Assembly (NCBI RefSeq): GCF_000315625.1
Contig: NW_005434660.1
Location: 234,711 to 298,710 of the forward strand
Length of the DNA: 64,000 bases
Direction of reading: 5' to 3'
Source of the DNA: Guillardia theta CCMP2712
Taxonomy: Eukaryota; Protista; Cryptophyta
Position numbers and translations under genes: made by a program. The notes under the pieces were generated by a model. It made no database searches. It was given only the letters and a program-made list of their open reading frames with translations, and was not told where the DNA came from. How positions within the stretch are numbered: position 1 is the stretch's first letter; the number at the start of each line of letters is the position of its first letter. Shown piece by piece: positions 59,200 to 64,000 of the stretch.

Positions 59200-59770
59200 G
59201 GTTCCGAAGTTCATGGCAGTGAGCTGAGCCTCGCAGGGCCTGAGTCATTCCAATCCGCACCGGGCCCTTGCCAAGTTGGGAAGTTGAACCGCCGGGCAGG
59301 TGAGTACCTCAGGGCCTGACTCAGTGACTGACGGTACGGTACTACGGTACGGTACGGCACACAGCGGCAGACGGCCCGGTAGTACGGTACGTCGGGCGCC
59401 GCGGACCGGCGGACTGTGACCGTAGTCGGCAGTGACAGGCCTAAGTTGTGTCAGCGGCCTGCCTCCGGCACGGCGGCTGCTACGGGGATCATCCGATTGG
59501 AAACTGGCAAAAGGTGACCTTCCAGAAGATCCGATGATCCAATATCAACTGCGCACAGACAGTGTACGGCGGTAAGAGTCTCGAAGTGATTCCATTCAAG
59601 TTGAATACTGTGACTGTGACCCGGCACTGCAAACTTGAAAAAAGACCGAAACCGTGCCACCCTCAGCCCCCCGGCGGCGCCGGGCAGCCCGGGGCCGGGG
59701 CCGGGGCGGCCGGCGCCGGCGCCGGGCACTGAGGGTTATCAAGCCATATATATGACTGAGAGCCCGGCAC
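59200..59770. other. GC/CCGG-rich island in a divergent intergenic region
   Basis: CCGGGGCCGGGG and GGCGCCGG runs; CTCAGTGACTG identical to 6273-6283; (ACGGT)n. Confidence 0.6.
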
Positions 59771-59977
59771 ATGACTCCAGAAATAACCTACGTCAAACTT
59801 TGCGGCATCGCACTGGCTGAGGGCCGGAGGAGGGAGAGGCTGGCTCGGAGGATGCCACACTGACAGGGTACTAGCCGAGTAGCTGAGCCCAAGGCCGGCA
59901 TGGCTTAGTCTGATGCATGTAGCCGACACTTGACTGATGCTGTGACGCACTTGGCGGCGAACTAGCTGGTTTATACG

Positions 59978-62900
59978 ATGAGGTCTCAGAGGGTCTCTTA
60001 TACAGCAGCAGGAGGGCTGCTCCTGTTGGCAACATGGCTCTCCATGCTCACTTGCAACTCAAGGAGCGGGGGCACAACTGGCGGGGGTAGGTTTGCTCTG
60101 GACGAGTTCTTCGAGGACTCGCACGTCGTTAATGTTGTAGGCAAGAGCAAGAAGAAGCTGCCAAGTGTCGATGAGATGATGGAGCAGATGAGAGAAATGA
60201 TCGCCCACGCTACCAACACGCCGATTAAACCCTGGAAAGGCTCCTCTCGAACCTTCTCCCCCGACCTGTCGGCTTCACCTCAGCCCAGCATGTCTGAGCA
60301 CCATGGCGAGAGGAAGGGAAGAGAGACCATTGTAAAGCTGCCCAACTCCGTAATCTACGGGTCCAAGGCTGGCTATGAGTCGCTGGTGCAGTCCTTCAAA
60401 CATGCGCTGAAGACATCGGAAAAGAAAGTCGCGGGGCTTGTGGAGGACGTCCAAGGTTATTTCTCGGATGCATTTGGGGGAGGACAAGACAAGAAACAAA
60501 CATCACCGCATCCTGCTATCGAGCACGCGACTACACGGCAAGAGCGTTCAACGAACAGGAGGGATCAGGGTGCGATCCGAACTCGGACGGTTCAGGTATG
60601 AAGAGAGGTTGAACGCTGGAGGCTGACCCTCACAGACTCGTGTTCTCCCTCAGAGCTCGCTCCCACATGAACATAGCACAGCGAGGAAGAGCCGTCTGAA
60701 ATCTCAGCCGCCGTTAGTCAGCCAAGGTCAGGAAAGATTTTATCGAGAGAAAATAAGAGAGGTGAGCGTGCAAGGTTCGTGGCTGCTGCCTTGTGATGAT
60801 CCTTGGACATGTAGGATGAAGAAGAGAAGCAGAAGGAAAAGCAGATGGAAAGGGAGAGAGTGCTATCTGATGACACGTTGCAGTCTGAGGTGCCTTTGTT
60901 GTGAGGCGATTGACAGCTATTGATGGTCTTTCCATACCAGGATGAGTCAGAGCGCCGCTCGTCTGTGAGAGAGGATGCTGAAGCTTCGTTTCAAGACTCC
61001 CTCAAAAGAGAAATGAGGAGGGAGAAGGAGGAAATTAAAAGAGCCAAGGAGCAACGAGTGAGAGAGATGGAAGACGTGAAGATCAAGGAGAGATTGTTCC
61101 AAGAGAAATTGAAAGACGAGCAGTTTGCTGAGGAGAAAGAAAGAAAACATTACAAGAAGCAGGAGACGCTCGCGTACGAGCTGGCCCGGCACAAGGAAGA
61201 GGTCGCAGAGTCGATCCGAGAGACGGCGATCCGCAAGCAGCGCGAGGAGGCAGCAGAGAGACTGCGAGAGAAGCAGGCGAGGGCAGACACGAGGAGGAAG
61301 GAGATGAAGGAGGCAGAGGGGCGGGAGCTGAGGATGTTCCGGCGAGAGGACGCATACGCGAAGCAGGTGAGTCAGGAAGGGGAGAGGGGGGCGATAGAGG
61401 TGACAGACGGGGAGCAGGTTGAGAAGGAGCAGCAGAGGAGGGAGAAAGAGCGAGAGGCGAGGTTGGACGCCAGGTGAGAGGAGGGAGGGGCGAGAGAGGG
61501 AGGTGTCTGCTGACGGGGCTGGGGCGAGCAGGTCGACGGAGGAGGAGGAGAAGGCACAGAAACTGTCGGATGCGATGGTGTCGGGTGCGATGGAAGAGCA
61601 AGGCAAACTCAAGGTTGTGTGTGAACGAGCGAGGGACGATAGGGCTGCGGGATGGGAGCGGAAGGAGGAGAGCTAGTTGACCGGAGCCCTGCAGGTCACG
61701 AGCGGACAACGAGGAAGGCAACGAGGGGAGGACGGACTACGTGAGCGAGTTCGCCAGCAGGAGCATGAGGAGAAACGGAAGCTAGACAGACAGGAGGAGC
61801 GAGAGACGCTCGCGTACGAGCTGGCCCGGCACAAGGAAGAGGTCGCAGAGTCGATCCGAGAGACGGCGATCCGCAAGCAGCGCGAGGAGGCAGCAGAGAG
61901 ACTGCGAGAGAAGCAGGCGAGGGCAGACACGAGGAGGAAGGAGATGAAGGAGGCAGAGGGGCGGGAGCTGAGGATGTTCCGGCGAGAGGACGCATACGCG
62001 AAGCAGGTGAGTCAGGGAGGGGAGAGGGGGGCGATAGAGGTGACAGACGGGGAGCAGGTTGAGAAGGAGCAGCAGAGGAGGGAGAAAGAGCGAGAGGCGA
62101 GGTTGGACGCCAGGTGAGAGGAGGGAGGGGCGAGAGAGGGAGGTGTCTGCTGACGGGGCTGGGGCGAGCAGGTCGACGGAGGAGGAGGAGAAGGCACAGA
62201 AACTGTCGGATGCGATGGGGAAGGAAGGAAATGAACAAGAGGAGCATGAGGTAAATTCTTCTGCACCATGACTCGCATTGAAGTGCATTAGCATGTCAAG
62301 GTGTCAGCCCTGGTGAAAGGCAGCAAGGTGGTTTATTTCACTGTATCTTATCTTACCCTCATCCTTATCGTGACCGTGACTTTGCTCTGCCTTCTCTCAT
62401 TCGTTTCCTTCCTGTGCTGCTTGTTCTTCCTTTGAGTCCTTCCCCTCCAGAAGCCTGCAAGCTCTTCATCCCTCGACCCTTCACTAGGGAGTAACAGAGG
62501 AACGGAGACTCCCACCAGAGATCTACCAAGGCTCCGAACAGCGTCAGGCGCAGCGCAGAAGAGCCTCCTCGCCAAGCTCTTGCGGGAACAGCGGAAGTTC
62601 CTCGAACAGGAAGTGGCGCAGGATCTGTCGTCCGGCCCTCTGTCAAAGTTCAACCAGAAGCTGCGGCAGGAGGATGCGGCAGAGGAGCTGGCGGAGGGGA
62701 AAGAGACAGAGGCCGAAAAGGAGGAGATCGCCAAAGGAGGAACACGGCAAGGGGAGCAAGAGGCTCTGACGTTCAAGGGCCTCAAACGCTCTGCTCGATT
62801 CCAGCTGGCCCGATCGCTGCAGACACGCCTTAGGAAGGCGATCACACGAGATCTGGAGGAGGAGAACAAGGCTTTGACCCATGGCATCGAGCTGGGAGAG

Positions 62901-63029
62901 AGGAGGAGAGCGAGGGCGTCGAGCTTGGCGAGCTTCTTCTCCTCTCAGAGCAACAAACTGCTCCAAGGGCTGCAGGACGCCTTCAAGCAGAAGTTTGCGG
63001 GGCCTGAACCTGCTGGACAAGGCGCGTGA
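59978..63029 (+). CDS. Membrane-anchored, highly charged coiled-coil protein with an internal duplication; 3' end uncertain
   Basis: N-terminal hydrophobic segment (AAGGLLLLATWLSML); E/R/K-rich exons; short introns. Confidence 0.65.
61163..62218 (+). repeat. Direct duplication of 416 bp (61163-61578 and 61803-62218)
   Basis: Offset 640 bp; includes introns; one mismatch seen. Confidence 0.92.
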
Positions 63030-63138
63030 ACCGACGTGGTTGACAATGCCTAACTGATGATGCCCATCATCTCCAGGCATTGCCGAGGGTGTCAAAGGCA
63101 CCCCTTGCAAAGGAAAAGGTTTTTCGACGGGCTAGAGT

Positions 63139-64000
<862 letters not shown>

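Noticed and set aside
58841-59260. Possible small minus-strand gene upstream of MRPL43
   Set aside because: Short ORFs without recognisable motifs; not enough support

Overview
Gene-dense eukaryotic nuclear DNA with many short (~40-60 nt) GT-AG and occasional GC-AG introns, microsatellite-rich introns and GC-rich intergenic islands. The style suggests a cryptophyte alga (Guillardia/Hanusia-like); this is an inference, not a database result. In order, the window holds: three tandem RWP-RK transcription-factor genes; an unknown helical/coiled-coil gene; a small TSP1+Sushi surface protein; type II pantothenate kinase; a large repeat-rich type I membrane protein; an intronless EF-hand-like/CHASE/class III cyclase receptor; a 2.5-kb TIR-bounded decayed DNA transposon; a pterin-4a-carbinolamine dehydratase-like gene; a GT14 glycosyltransferase; mRNA cap N7-methyltransferase; a tandem 2OG-Fe(II)-oxygenase-like gene; a signal-peptide-bearing OGT (GT41); a small HTH protein with an inverted relic; a ~16.5-kb VPS13 with an inserted DEP domain; DIM1; a fatty-acid-hydroxylase/sterol-desaturase family gene; MRPL43; a coiled-coil membrane protein with an internal duplication; and a partial GNAT. 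The most notable observations are the mosaic, homogenised RWP-RK trio with a 10-bp motif present three times upstream of each copy, the spliced TSP1-Sushi protein that the ORF track does not show, the TIR element with a perfect 38-bp subterminal palindrome, the DEP insertion in VPS13 and the possibly secretory OGT. Exon boundaries were read by eye and gene ends are approximate where stated.
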